A stretch of DNA of 64,000 bases from an uncultured Gemmatimonadaceae bacterium (lineage in GTDB: Bacteria; Gemmatimonadota; Gemmatimonadetes; Gemmatimonadales; Gemmatimonadaceae): positions 2,304,001 through 2,368,000 of the forward strand of contig CAVXGK010000002.1 of assembly GCA_963761305.1 (NCBI GenBank), in the 5' to 3' direction. The notes beneath the pieces are model-generated. The model did no database searches. It was not told the origin of the DNA and saw nothing but the letters and a program-made list of their open reading frames with translations. The position numbers and the translations under genes are program-made. Below are positions 1-7,777 of this stretch, piece after piece (within the stretch, counting starts at the first letter, position 1; every line of letters starts with the position of its first letter).

Positions 1-221
1 AGGCGCAGGGCGTCGGCCGAGCTCGGCGTTCGGTCGACGGGACTCTGCGCGTCGCCGAACACCACCACGCCGTCCCGAATACGGTATTCCGCCGAGCATA
101 CCGGACAACCCAGCGTGCCCTCGAGCACGTCACGCTCCTCGGCGCGGTCGATCGATGCGACGAGCCACGTGTCTTCGTGGCCATTCAGGCAGCGGAGCCG
201 GTCGATGAGCGGGAGAAACAC
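1..221 (-). CDS. Trm112-like domain protein (partial, runs off the window's left edge)
   Basis: Manual translation from GTG at 221: MFLPLIDRLRCLNGHEDTWLVASIDRAEERDVLEGTLGCPVCSAEYRIRDG. The L-x-C...EGxLxCPxC...YxIxDG pattern is Trm112-like. Not in the ORF track. Confidence 0.65.
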   Translation of the reverse strand, partial: MFLPLIDRLRCLNGHEDTWLVASIDRAEERDVLEGTLGCPVCSAEYRIRDGVVVFGDAQSPVDRTPSSADALR

Positions 222-224
222 GAT

Positions 225-935
225 TCACGCCCCCGACAGCCGTAGCTCGTCCACGTTCACGTCCGCCGGTTGCGCGACGGCGAACATCACGGCGGATGCG
301 ACCGCATCGGCGCGCAGCATCTGGCGCCGCGCGGTGAATCCGGGTCGCTCGTCCGGGTTGACCGGATCCCAGAGCGAGGTGTCGACCGCGGACGGCGAGA
401 CGAGCGTCGCCCGCACGCCGCTTCCTTTGACCTCGGCGCGCACCACTTCGTGCAACGCGCGCACGCCGAACTTGCTCGCGGCGTATCCCGCGTTCTCGGG
501 AAACGCGACGTGGTCGGCGATCGAGCCGATCGTCACGATGAGTCCCGACCGACGCGCGCGCATCGCGGGCAGAAAGGCGCGCACGAGGCGAAACGGCGCG
601 ACGAGGTTGACGCCGATCGCCGCGCGAAAGTCGGCGACGGCGGTGTCCTCCACCGCGGCGAGCGAAAAGAACCCGGCGTTGTTGACGAGCACGTCGGGTG
701 CACCGCCGAACGCGTCGCTCACGCGCGAGATCGCCGCGTCGAGCGCGCGATCGTCGGTCACGTCACAGGCGAGCGCGAGCGCCCGGTCGCCGATCGAGCG
801 CGCCTGTTCGGCGAGGACGTCGGCGCTGCGCGCCAGCATGGCGACGCGAAACCCCGCGGCGGCGAGCGCTTTCGACGTCGCGAGACCAATGCCGCGCGAC
901 GCGCCGGACACGACCGCGGTTCCGACCGGCGTCAT
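225..935 (-). CDS. SDR family NAD(P)-dependent oxidoreductase
   Basis: SGASRGIG, VNNAG and YAASK motifs. ATG at 935 overlaps the upstream stop (ATGA). Confidence 0.9.
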   Translation of the reverse strand: MTPVGTAVVSGASRGIGLATSKALAAAGFRVAMLARSADVLAEQARSIGDRALALACDVTDDRALDAAISRVSDAFGGAPDVLVNNAGFFSLAAVEDTAVADFRAAIGVNLVAPFRLVRAFLPAMRARRSGLIVTIGSIADHVAFPENAGYAASKFGVRALHEVVRAEVKGSGVRATLVSPSAVDTSLWDPVNPDERPGFTARRQMLRADAVASAVMFAVAQPADVNVDELRLSGA

Positions 936-1345
936 CGACCGTCGTACTCGACGTAGTTGTTCGGCGTCTCCCACAGCACGAGCCGCGTGAGTCGCGCCGG
1001 AGCGAGCGCGGGCTCGAGCACGCGCCAGATCCCGACGACGAAGTTCTCCGTCGTGGGAATGACGTCGCGCAGAAAATCGACTTCGAGGTTGAGGTTCCGG
1101 TGGTCCACCTTGTCGATGACTTCCTGCGTCACGATCCGCTTGACGACGGCGAGGTCGATCACGTACCCGGTGCGCTCGTCGACCGGGCCGGTGACGGCAA
1201 CGTCGAGCGTGTAGTTGTGGCCGTGCCAGTTCGGGTTGTTGCATTTCCCGAACAGCGCCTTGTTCTCGGCGTCGGAAAGTGCGGGATTGTGGACGCGATG
1301 CGCCGCGTTGAACTGCAGCCTGCGAACCACGGTCACGTTGGGCAT
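932..1345 (-). CDS. 6-pyruvoyl-tetrahydropterin synthase family protein (PTPS-II-type signature)
   Basis: FNAAHR...CNNPNWHGHNY (C-X5-HGH), DHRNLN, PTTEN, LWETPNN. Confidence 0.9.
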   Translation of the reverse strand: MPNVTVVRRLQFNAAHRVHNPALSDAENKALFGKCNNPNWHGHNYTLDVAVTGPVDERTGYVIDLAVVKRIVTQEVIDKVDHRNLNLEVDFLRDVIPTTENFVVGIWRVLEPALAPARLTRLVLWETPNNYVEYDGR

Positions 1346-1370
1346 GCCAGAATCTCTCGCGTCGGGCGAC

Positions 1371-1406
1371 AAAGAACGAGCCCCGCGGGATGAACCGCGG
1401 GGCTCG
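1371..1406 (-). terminator. Intrinsic terminator downstream of the putative 6S RNA
   Basis: Perfect 12-bp stem CGAGCCCCGCGG/CCGCGGGGCTCG (1377-1406) with a 6-nt loop, followed on the minus strand by TTCTTT. Confidence 0.8.
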
Positions 1407-1411
1407 AAAGA

Positions 1412-1570
1412 ATTCGGTCCGGAGAGGGTTTTGTGAAGCCCAGTCGAATTATGAGGTCCTCACCACCAACCTTCCGCCTTCCCCCGCACTGGGGGCATGA
1501 CGTCGGTGATAGATTGTCGAACCCACTCGAAGGACTTGTTGGCTCAAAAACGGAGTTCTCCGTCCCGAAT
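1412..1570 (-). ncRNA. ssrS: Probable 6S RNA
   Basis: About 160-180 nt with no credible ORF, folding by eye into a rod. Ends pair (ATTCGG/CCGAAT, GGAGA/TCTCC, GTTTT/AAAAC, GAGCC/GGCTT); central bubble; inner 9-bp stem ATCACCGAC/GTTGGTGGT; apical CCCCC/GGGGG. TTTTGAGCCAACA and GGGCTTCACAAAA resemble 6S motifs. Flanked by a promoter and a terminator. Confidence 0.7.
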
Positions 1571-1596
1571 ATTTCCTTTCGTCGAGTGCCAGAAGC

Positions 1597-1625
1597 AATT
1601 TACAGGCGAGCACACACCCGGTCAA
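1597..1625 (-). promoter_or_regulatory. sigma70-type promoter for the putative 6S RNA
   Basis: Minus strand TTGACC-17 nt-TAAATT. Confidence 0.7.
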
Positions 1626-1638
1626 ACCTGGAACAACG

Positions 1639-1809
1639 ATGGATCTCGGAATTCTCGGCGGTATCGCGTTGGTCGTCGTGTGGGGCGTCGCGTTTTTCGC
1701 GTTCGAACCACCCGGTTGGGTACATCTCCTGCTATCAGTGGGCGTCTTCGTGATCATCGCACGCATCGTCGTGCGTGGAACTCCGAGCGCGAAGCACCCG
1801 CCCAAATAG
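1639..1809 (+). CDS. Small two-helix membrane protein (lmo0937/DUF5670-like), 56 aa
   Basis: MDLGILGGIALVVVWGVAFFAFEPPGWVHLLLSVGVFVIIARIVVRGTPSAKHPPK; W...G-x-x-H-LLL pattern. Missed by the ORF track. Confidence 0.7.
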   Translation: MDLGILGGIALVVVWGVAFFAFEPPGWVHLLLSVGVFVIIARIVVRGTPSAKHPPK

Positions 1810-1832
1810 GACGAGCAGAGCCATCAATCGTC

Positions 1833-2246
1833 TCACGGGGGCTCGTGCACGCTCACGGTGCTCTGGTTCAGCACGGGGGCGACCACGAAGTCGATCATTT
1901 GTCCGACCCCGATGCTCAGCGATCCCGTCGACGCCGAGCCGCGGCCGCCGATGGGAATGGCGCGCAGCGAGATCGACTGGCCGACGCTGATCCCCCAGTC
2001 GATCGAGAAGTCGCCCGAGCTGTTGCCGGTCACCGTGCCCAGCCGTCGGTTCAAGCCGCTGACGACGACGAACACGTTCATGTCGAGGAAGTTCTCGTTC
2101 CGCACGTGAACGGCGATCGGATCGGCCTTCTGCTGCGGCTCCTGGTCGTCTTCCGTTTCCGGGTGTCGCACGCAGGCTGACGCAAGCGTCGTCAACAGCA
2201 ACAGCGCGAAAGCGGTCGTGCGAGTCCGAAATTGATATGATGTCAC
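1833..2246 (-). CDS. Hypothetical lipoprotein
   Basis: Hydrophobic signal ending in lipobox LASAC; beta-rich mature region. Confidence 0.7.
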   Translation of the reverse strand: MTSYQFRTRTTAFALLLLTTLASACVRHPETEDDQEPQQKADPIAVHVRNENFLDMNVFVVVSGLNRRLGTVTGNSSGDFSIDWGISVGQSISLRAIPIGGRGSASTGSLSIGVGQMIDFVVAPVLNQSTVSVHEPP

Positions 2247-2289
2247 AGGTCATCCGGGTGGGTCGGAGACGAAGACGCCGAGCGGTAGG

Positions 2290-3261
2290 TCAGATCTCCC
2301 AGTTGGACAGCACGAGCCCCCGCTCGGGGCGTCGTTCCTCGAACGAATTGAGCGACATGCGCAGATCCGTCCAGCGCACGTGCGCGCCGAGCGCGATCAC
2401 GCGCCGGTACGCCGAACCGAACTCTCCCTGCACGCGAAGCGAAACCCGACGGGTGCCGCTGCGCCGTGCGAGATCGCTCACCGCGCGAAGCAGGTCCTCG
2501 AGCCGCGATTCATCGTCCAGCGCGAGCTTCAACACGCGCAACTCCTCTCGTGCGCGTCCCTCGACCAATGGAGCCGTATGCGCGAGCGCGAAGCCGACCA
2601 GCCGATCGCCGTCGTAGAGCAACACCGTGTCGCCCACCGACAAATCGCTGGTCAACGTGATCTCCCGTGAATAGTCGTACCCCGGAATCAGCCGTTGTAC
2701 CAGGTCCCGGCATTCGGTGAGCGCGTCGTCGCGGGCGCGGGTCGACAGCCGGCCGAACAGCCGCGCGCCGTCGATCGACTGCTGCGCGTCGAGCGTCATG
2801 GTGATGGTGAGACGTCCTGGCAAGAACCCGAGCCGCGAGTAGAAGCCGATGTTGTCCATCGTGCGCGGCATCGTCTCCAGCCCGATGACCGACGCGCGCT
2901 GCGTCTTGAGCCACTCGACGCCCCGCTGCACGATCTCTTTCCCCACTCCGCTGCCCTGATACTCCGTGCGCACGGCGAGCGGTCCCATCCAGCCTTCCGT
3001 CCCCGAACGGTGCACCATGTTGAAGGCGGCGATGTGATCACGCTCGTCGCGCCAGATCATCGCGCCTTCGTCCGCGTCCTCGAGCGCGTAGCGCCAGATG
3101 GACGGATTGAGGAACGGTACTCGCACGCCGACCATGCCGTCGCGCCGATATCGCTCGGTGAACGACTCGCTGAACACCTGATTCAGCTCGGCGACGTCGT
3201 CGAGCGTCGCACGGGTCGGGCCGTCGAACGCCTGCGGGCGCCACGCGCGTGAGGTCGCCAT
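2290..3261 (-). CDS. GNAT family N-acetyltransferase (probably tandem GNAT fold)
   Basis: GPLAVRTEYQGSGVG acetyl-CoA motif and FYSRLGF. Start overlaps the rad50 stop (TGATG). Confidence 0.8.
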   Translation of the reverse strand: MATSRAWRPQAFDGPTRATLDDVAELNQVFSESFTERYRRDGMVGVRVPFLNPSIWRYALEDADEGAMIWRDERDHIAAFNMVHRSGTEGWMGPLAVRTEYQGSGVGKEIVQRGVEWLKTQRASVIGLETMPRTMDNIGFYSRLGFLPGRLTITMTLDAQQSIDGARLFGRLSTRARDDALTECRDLVQRLIPGYDYSREITLTSDLSVGDTVLLYDGDRLVGFALAHTAPLVEGRAREELRVLKLALDDESRLEDLLRAVSDLARRSGTRRVSLRVQGEFGSAYRRVIALGAHVRWTDLRMSLNSFEERRPERGLVLSNWEI

Positions 3262-5711
3262 CAGTCGGCCGCTCCTGCGTGCAGGGCGAGTACCGGATCG
3301 CCTTCGTGCGGCGATTCCGCACCGATTCGCGACGTGCCGGCTTCGTCGTCGTAGCTCACCGTGATCACGCGATCGACCGGCGCCTCGCGAACCGATTCGA
3401 CGTGCGTGATGAGAATGATCTGCTCGAATCTGTCGTGCAGCCGTTGGAGCAGGCCCACGACGTTCTGGCGTCGCGTCTCGTCGAGCGAGCCGAAGACCTC
3501 GTCGAGGACGAGCAGTGAAAACGTCTGACCGGCGCGTTCGGCGATCATCTCTGAAATTGCCAGGCGGAGTACGAGATTGGCGAGGTCCTCTTCGCCACCG
3601 GAGATGACGGGTTTGGGGATTCCGTCCTCGAGCAGAACGATGCCGTACGCGTCGTCGAGCTCGAATTCAGTGTACCGACCGTCCGTCAACTCGCGAATGT
3701 AGCGGCTCGCGAGATCCGAGATCTCCGGACGCATCGCCACGTTGAGCTCGGTGCGGATGTCGGAGAACGCGCGATCGAGCTCCTCGTGCAATCGGCGGTC
3801 GCGTCCGAGCACGACGAGCCGCTCCTCGCTGCGCGCCAGCTCGGCGCGCGCGTGCTCCGCCGCCGTGAGGGCCGCGCTCGCCGCCGAAAACTCCGTCTCC
3901 GCCCCCACCGCGGCCAGCTCGGCCGCGCGAAGCTCGGCCTCGGCCGTCTCGAATCGCTCGCGAAGCGCGGCGAACGAATCCTCGGAGAATCCGAGCGTCG
4001 CGATCTGACGCGCGACTTCGGCGCGCCTCTTCTGCGCCTGATCCAGCCGCGTACGAACGGTCGTCCGCTCTTCGACGAGCAGCGGCTCGCGCTCGAGCTG
4101 CGCGGCCAGCTTGGCCGCGCGCGCCGCGAGCGGCGCGAGTCGTTCCGCCGTCGCGCGGACCTCGGTGTGACGCGCCTGGTCGTAGCTGACGGCCAATCCG
4201 GCGAGCTCGCGCGAGACGGCAACGTGTCGCTCCGCCTTCGCGGTCAGATCGACGCTGATCGTCGACAACACGCGCAGTCCGCCCTGAATTTCGGCGACGC
4301 GCCGCTCGAGCTTGCCCGCTTCTTCCATCAGCTCGCGCCGGCCCTCACCGAGCGCGGTGATCTCCGGCGGCGTCGTGGCGAGTTGGTCGATGCGCGCGCG
4401 AAAGTATTTGCCGTCGACGGTGATCGTCTCGATCTGGTTGTCGAGCACGTCGAGCACCGAACGGAAGTGCGTGCCGAGCGGCCGAGCACAGATTGGGCAG
4501 ATTCCGCCTTCGCCCAGCTCGACGATCTGGTCGCGCTGCGCGCGCACGTCCTTGATCTGTTCGATGAGCGCTTGCCGCTTCGTTTCCGCTTCCTGCTTGT
4601 CGCGGACCCAGTCGGTTTGCGCCGACTCGAGCGCGCGCTGAGTCGTTTCGAGCGTCTCGCGTGTCTGAGTGAGCAAGGCGGCGACTTCCGTCCCGAGCGC
4701 CGACGTGACGTCGATCTTCGCCGCGCGCTCGCGAAGCTGCGCGATGTCCTTCGCCAGCGTCGATTCCGTCTCGGTGAGCGTCCGCTTGCGACCCGCCTCG
4801 GCCGCGCTGCGGTCGAGCTCCTTTAGCTCGGCTTCCAACGCGGGCAACGGCGCGAGTTCTCGCTTCGCGCGATCCAACTCGGCGCGCGCGGTGGCCGCGT
4901 CGCCGAGTTCTTTATCGATCCGAGCGATGTCGCGCTCGGTCGACGAAAGCTCGCCGTCGGCGACGCGCGACTCGGCAGCGAGTGCCTGCGAGCGCTCGCG
5001 ATCGCGCTTCATCGCGTCCCAGCGCGGCGTCATTTCTTCCATGGTGCGACGCGCCGCGGTGCGCCGGAGTCCCGCCGCGTTCGCCTTGCGCTTGCTGTCG
5101 GCGATGCGCGTCTTGGCGTCGGCGAGCGAGCGCTGGACGACCTCGGGATCAGCCATTCCCGTTTTGAGACCGGTCGCTTCGGCGACGAGCGTCTTGCGTC
5201 GGTCACGCGCGAAGCCCTGCGCCGTGCGAAGCCGCTCGTAGCCGAGCACGCGCGAAAGGAATTGGCCGCGCTCGTTCGGGCCCATCGCGGCCATCACGCT
5301 CAGTTCCTTCTGCCCCGTGAAGTACGTGTGGAAGAACTCCTCGTGGCTCATACCGAGCCGGCGGCGGAGCACGTCCGTCACGGCGGAGATCGACGTCGCG
5401 ATCGGCGAGCTGGCGCCGTCGAGATACAACTCGGCGTTGGTCAGCCCGCGCGAAACGAGGTATCGATGTGCGCCGAGCTCGAATTCGAGGTCGACTTTGA
5501 CCACGGCGCGCGGTCCCGCGCGGTACGATCGGATGGAATCGCGCGTGCCGCGCGCCGCGGGCGTGCCGTAGAGCGCCCAGGCGATCGCCTCGAGGATCGT
5601 CGACTTGCCGGAGCCGTTCGGTCCGATGATCCCGGTGATTCCCGACGTGAAGTCGAGATGCGTGTCGATGTGCTGCCGGAAATTCGTGAGGTGCAGACTG
5701 TTCAGTCGCAT
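3261..5711 (-). CDS. sbcC: Rad50/SbcC SMC-family ATPase, 816 aa
   Basis: Walker A GPNGSGKST, coiled coils, central zinc hook CPIC, signature ISGGE, Walker B LLVLDE, D-loop GSLD, H-loop ITH. Confidence 0.92.
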   Translation of the reverse strand: MRLNSLHLTNFRQHIDTHLDFTSGITGIIGPNGSGKSTILEAIAWALYGTPAARGTRDSIRSYRAGPRAVVKVDLEFELGAHRYLVSRGLTNAELYLDGASSPIATSISAVTDVLRRRLGMSHEEFFHTYFTGQKELSVMAAMGPNERGQFLSRVLGYERLRTAQGFARDRRKTLVAEATGLKTGMADPEVVQRSLADAKTRIADSKRKANAAGLRRTAARRTMEEMTPRWDAMKRDRERSQALAAESRVADGELSSTERDIARIDKELGDAATARAELDRAKRELAPLPALEAELKELDRSAAEAGRKRTLTETESTLAKDIAQLRERAAKIDVTSALGTEVAALLTQTRETLETTQRALESAQTDWVRDKQEAETKRQALIEQIKDVRAQRDQIVELGEGGICPICARPLGTHFRSVLDVLDNQIETITVDGKYFRARIDQLATTPPEITALGEGRRELMEEAGKLERRVAEIQGGLRVLSTISVDLTAKAERHVAVSRELAGLAVSYDQARHTEVRATAERLAPLAARAAKLAAQLEREPLLVEERTTVRTRLDQAQKRRAEVARQIATLGFSEDSFAALRERFETAEAELRAAELAAVGAETEFSAASAALTAAEHARAELARSEERLVVLGRDRRLHEELDRAFSDIRTELNVAMRPEISDLASRYIRELTDGRYTEFELDDAYGIVLLEDGIPKPVISGGEEDLANLVLRLAISEMIAERAGQTFSLLVLDEVFGSLDETRRQNVVGLLQRLHDRFEQIILITHVESVREAPVDRVITVSYDDEAGTSRIGAESPHEGDPVLALHAGAAD

Positions 5712-5712
5712 C

Positions 5713-6903
5713 TCACGCCTCGATCGGTGCCGGCGGCGTCGACACGACGGCCGCGATCTGTGCTTCGTCGAGGTACGCGATCGCGCGCTCGATGAGCGCC
5801 TCGCGATCGATGTCGGCGTCGATCGGACGCGCCGAGAGTTGTTCGCGCACCAGCTCGTTGAGCGACGGACGACGAACCGGCGCACCCGACGCGGTCACGC
5901 GGCTCAACTCGGGGCGACGCAGGTCGAGCTGGAAGCTGAGCGCCCGGCGCTTGTACTCGCGGATTGCTTTGTGATCCAGCTCACGCGCGACGTGTCTCGG
6001 AATGTCCCACAACGTGAGCCGCACGATCTTGTCGTCGATCCCGCCCACGCACGCGTCGACGATCGCGCGAATACGGTGGTCGATGTCGGCGGCGACGAGA
6101 TTGCGCGCGTTGATCTGCGGCAAGTTGATCAGCGGCCGCGACGGCAGAAGCGGATGGAACGTCTGCTCGCCGGTGATGAGATTTCGCTCGACGAATCCCT
6201 TGCCGTGGACGCCGCCGTCGTGTTCCTCGCGTTGCTCGCCCCACGTGTCCAGGCTGGTGTAGTCGATCGAACCGCTGTAGAAGGCGTTCGGCAGGATTTC
6301 GCGGTAGACGTGACAGTCGCCAAGCGCGATATAGTCCCAACCGGGAACCGTCAGCTCGGAGCGTGACACTTCGACAGGCGGCCTGTTCCAGGCCATTTCG
6401 TCTGTCACGCCCTCGATCCCGCAATGCATCGCGAGAACGTTGAAACGGGCGTTCGCATCGGGCGTGAACGACGGCTTCACGAGTCCGGGAACGCCCGGCA
6501 CCGCCAGCACCGACAAGTCGTGAGTCGGAAACGACAGCCGCCTGGGCTCGCGATCCACGACGTCCAGACCGAGTTGCGCAAAGAGCTGGAGGATGCCGCC
6601 CGTCTCGCTCGTGCGAGGTGTGTCGTGGTTGCCGGCGACGAGGACGATCGCCGATTCGGGCAGCGCCGTGACGAGGCGGCTGAACTGGAGGAAGGCGTGG
6701 ACGATCGCCTGATTCGAGGGGCGGACGTTGTGAAAGACGTCGCCCGCTACCACCACCAGCTCGGGCCTCAGCTCGATGACATGGTCGACAGCCACGCGGA
6801 ACGTGGCGGCCACATCGGCTTCGCGCTGGTTGACCCCGGTTGGCGTCAGCCGCTGATACTGCCGGTAACCGAGGTGAAGATCGGAGAGGTGAACCAGGCG
6901 CAT
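5713..6903 (-). CDS. sbcD: Mre11/SbcD metallophosphoesterase nuclease, 396 aa
   Basis: SDLHLG, AGDVFH, AGNHD, ALGDCH, YSGS. Its stop lies 1 nt before the sbcC start. Confidence 0.9.
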   Translation of the reverse strand: MRLVHLSDLHLGYRQYQRLTPTGVNQREADVAATFRVAVDHVIELRPELVVVAGDVFHNVRPSNQAIVHAFLQFSRLVTALPESAIVLVAGNHDTPRTSETGGILQLFAQLGLDVVDREPRRLSFPTHDLSVLAVPGVPGLVKPSFTPDANARFNVLAMHCGIEGVTDEMAWNRPPVEVSRSELTVPGWDYIALGDCHVYREILPNAFYSGSIDYTSLDTWGEQREEHDGGVHGKGFVERNLITGEQTFHPLLPSRPLINLPQINARNLVAADIDHRIRAIVDACVGGIDDKIVRLTLWDIPRHVARELDHKAIREYKRRALSFQLDLRRPELSRVTASGAPVRRPSLNELVREQLSARPIDADIDREALIERAIAYLDEAQIAAVVSTPPAPIEA

Positions 6904-6926
6904 GCGGCGGGGAGCGTTGAGGGAAT

Positions 6927-7769
6927 CTAACGCTCCCGGCGATCCGCCGTGCGCATGTGTTGGGTGATCCGCATCTGCATTTGCTGCGCGGCAGCCGCCG
7001 GCGGCGTGCTCACCGACGTCATGACGACGACGTTGAACCAGGATTCGCTCAGCCAACCCCGCCGGCGGTCGAGCACCATGGTGCCGCGCACCGTTCCCTT
7101 TTCGAGAATTGCTTGCGACGCCGACCCCGGTCCGATGGCCGGCTGCATCTCGCCGCGCATCGAGACGTATGCGAGGTCGCCGCCGTGCGTGACCGAATCG
7201 AGTTTGAGCGTCACGTGCAACATGCCCGAGAGCTGCGCGCCCAACTGCGTACCCGCCGGCAGCGGCATCTCGCGCATCCAGCTATCGCCCACTTTGATGG
7301 GACCTTTGGGGAACGTCGCCGGCATCAACGACACGACGTGCGCGACCTCACGAGGCGCGCCCGACCCCGGCGCCATCGCCAGCAACCCCTCCGGCGTGAC
7401 GCGAAATCGTGCCCGCTGCCCGCGAAGCTGCGCCTCCATCTGGTGGGCCGCGCCGAGTCCGCGCTGATCCGTGGTCCACAGCCGCACCGAGTCGGTGACC
7501 GCGAGGATGGCCGTCTCTTCGTTCGACTCGCCCTCGATGATGGCGCGCGAGAACATGGCCATCGTCGTGACGAGGCTGCCCGGGCCGACGCCCGTTCGCG
7601 TCACCGCACCGCCGCTGTAGTCGGTCTCCTGGTCGAGACGCATGCGAAGCGTGTCGCCGGCGCGCGGCCGGATCTGGAGCAACAGATCCTGCGCCATCGC
7701 ACTGTGATGGACCGACGCGACCGCGAAGAGCCCGACGCTTGCGCCGATCCGGACCTGCCGCGGAAACAT
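6927..7769 (-). CDS. Hypothetical exported beta-rich protein, 280 aa
   Basis: ATG at 7769, 8 nt after the herA stop; signal-peptide-like N-terminus (..HSAMA-QD); FPKGPIKVGDSW motif reminiscent of DUF6263-like proteins. Confidence 0.65.
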   Translation of the reverse strand: MFPRQVRIGASVGLFAVASVHHSAMAQDLLLQIRPRAGDTLRMRLDQETDYSGGAVTRTGVGPGSLVTTMAMFSRAIIEGESNEETAILAVTDSVRLWTTDQRGLGAAHQMEAQLRGQRARFRVTPEGLLAMAPGSGAPREVAHVVSLMPATFPKGPIKVGDSWMREMPLPAGTQLGAQLSGMLHVTLKLDSVTHGGDLAYVSMRGEMQPAIGPGSASQAILEKGTVRGTMVLDRRRGWLSESWFNVVVMTSVSTPPAAAAQQMQMRITQHMRTADRRER

Positions 7770-7777
7770 TCGAAGAC

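Noticed and set aside
1346..1590. preQ1 riboswitch upstream of a 'queD'
   Set aside because: No short preQ1-I hairpin with an A-rich tail; the enzyme has a PTPS-II signature; the RNA fits 6S better.
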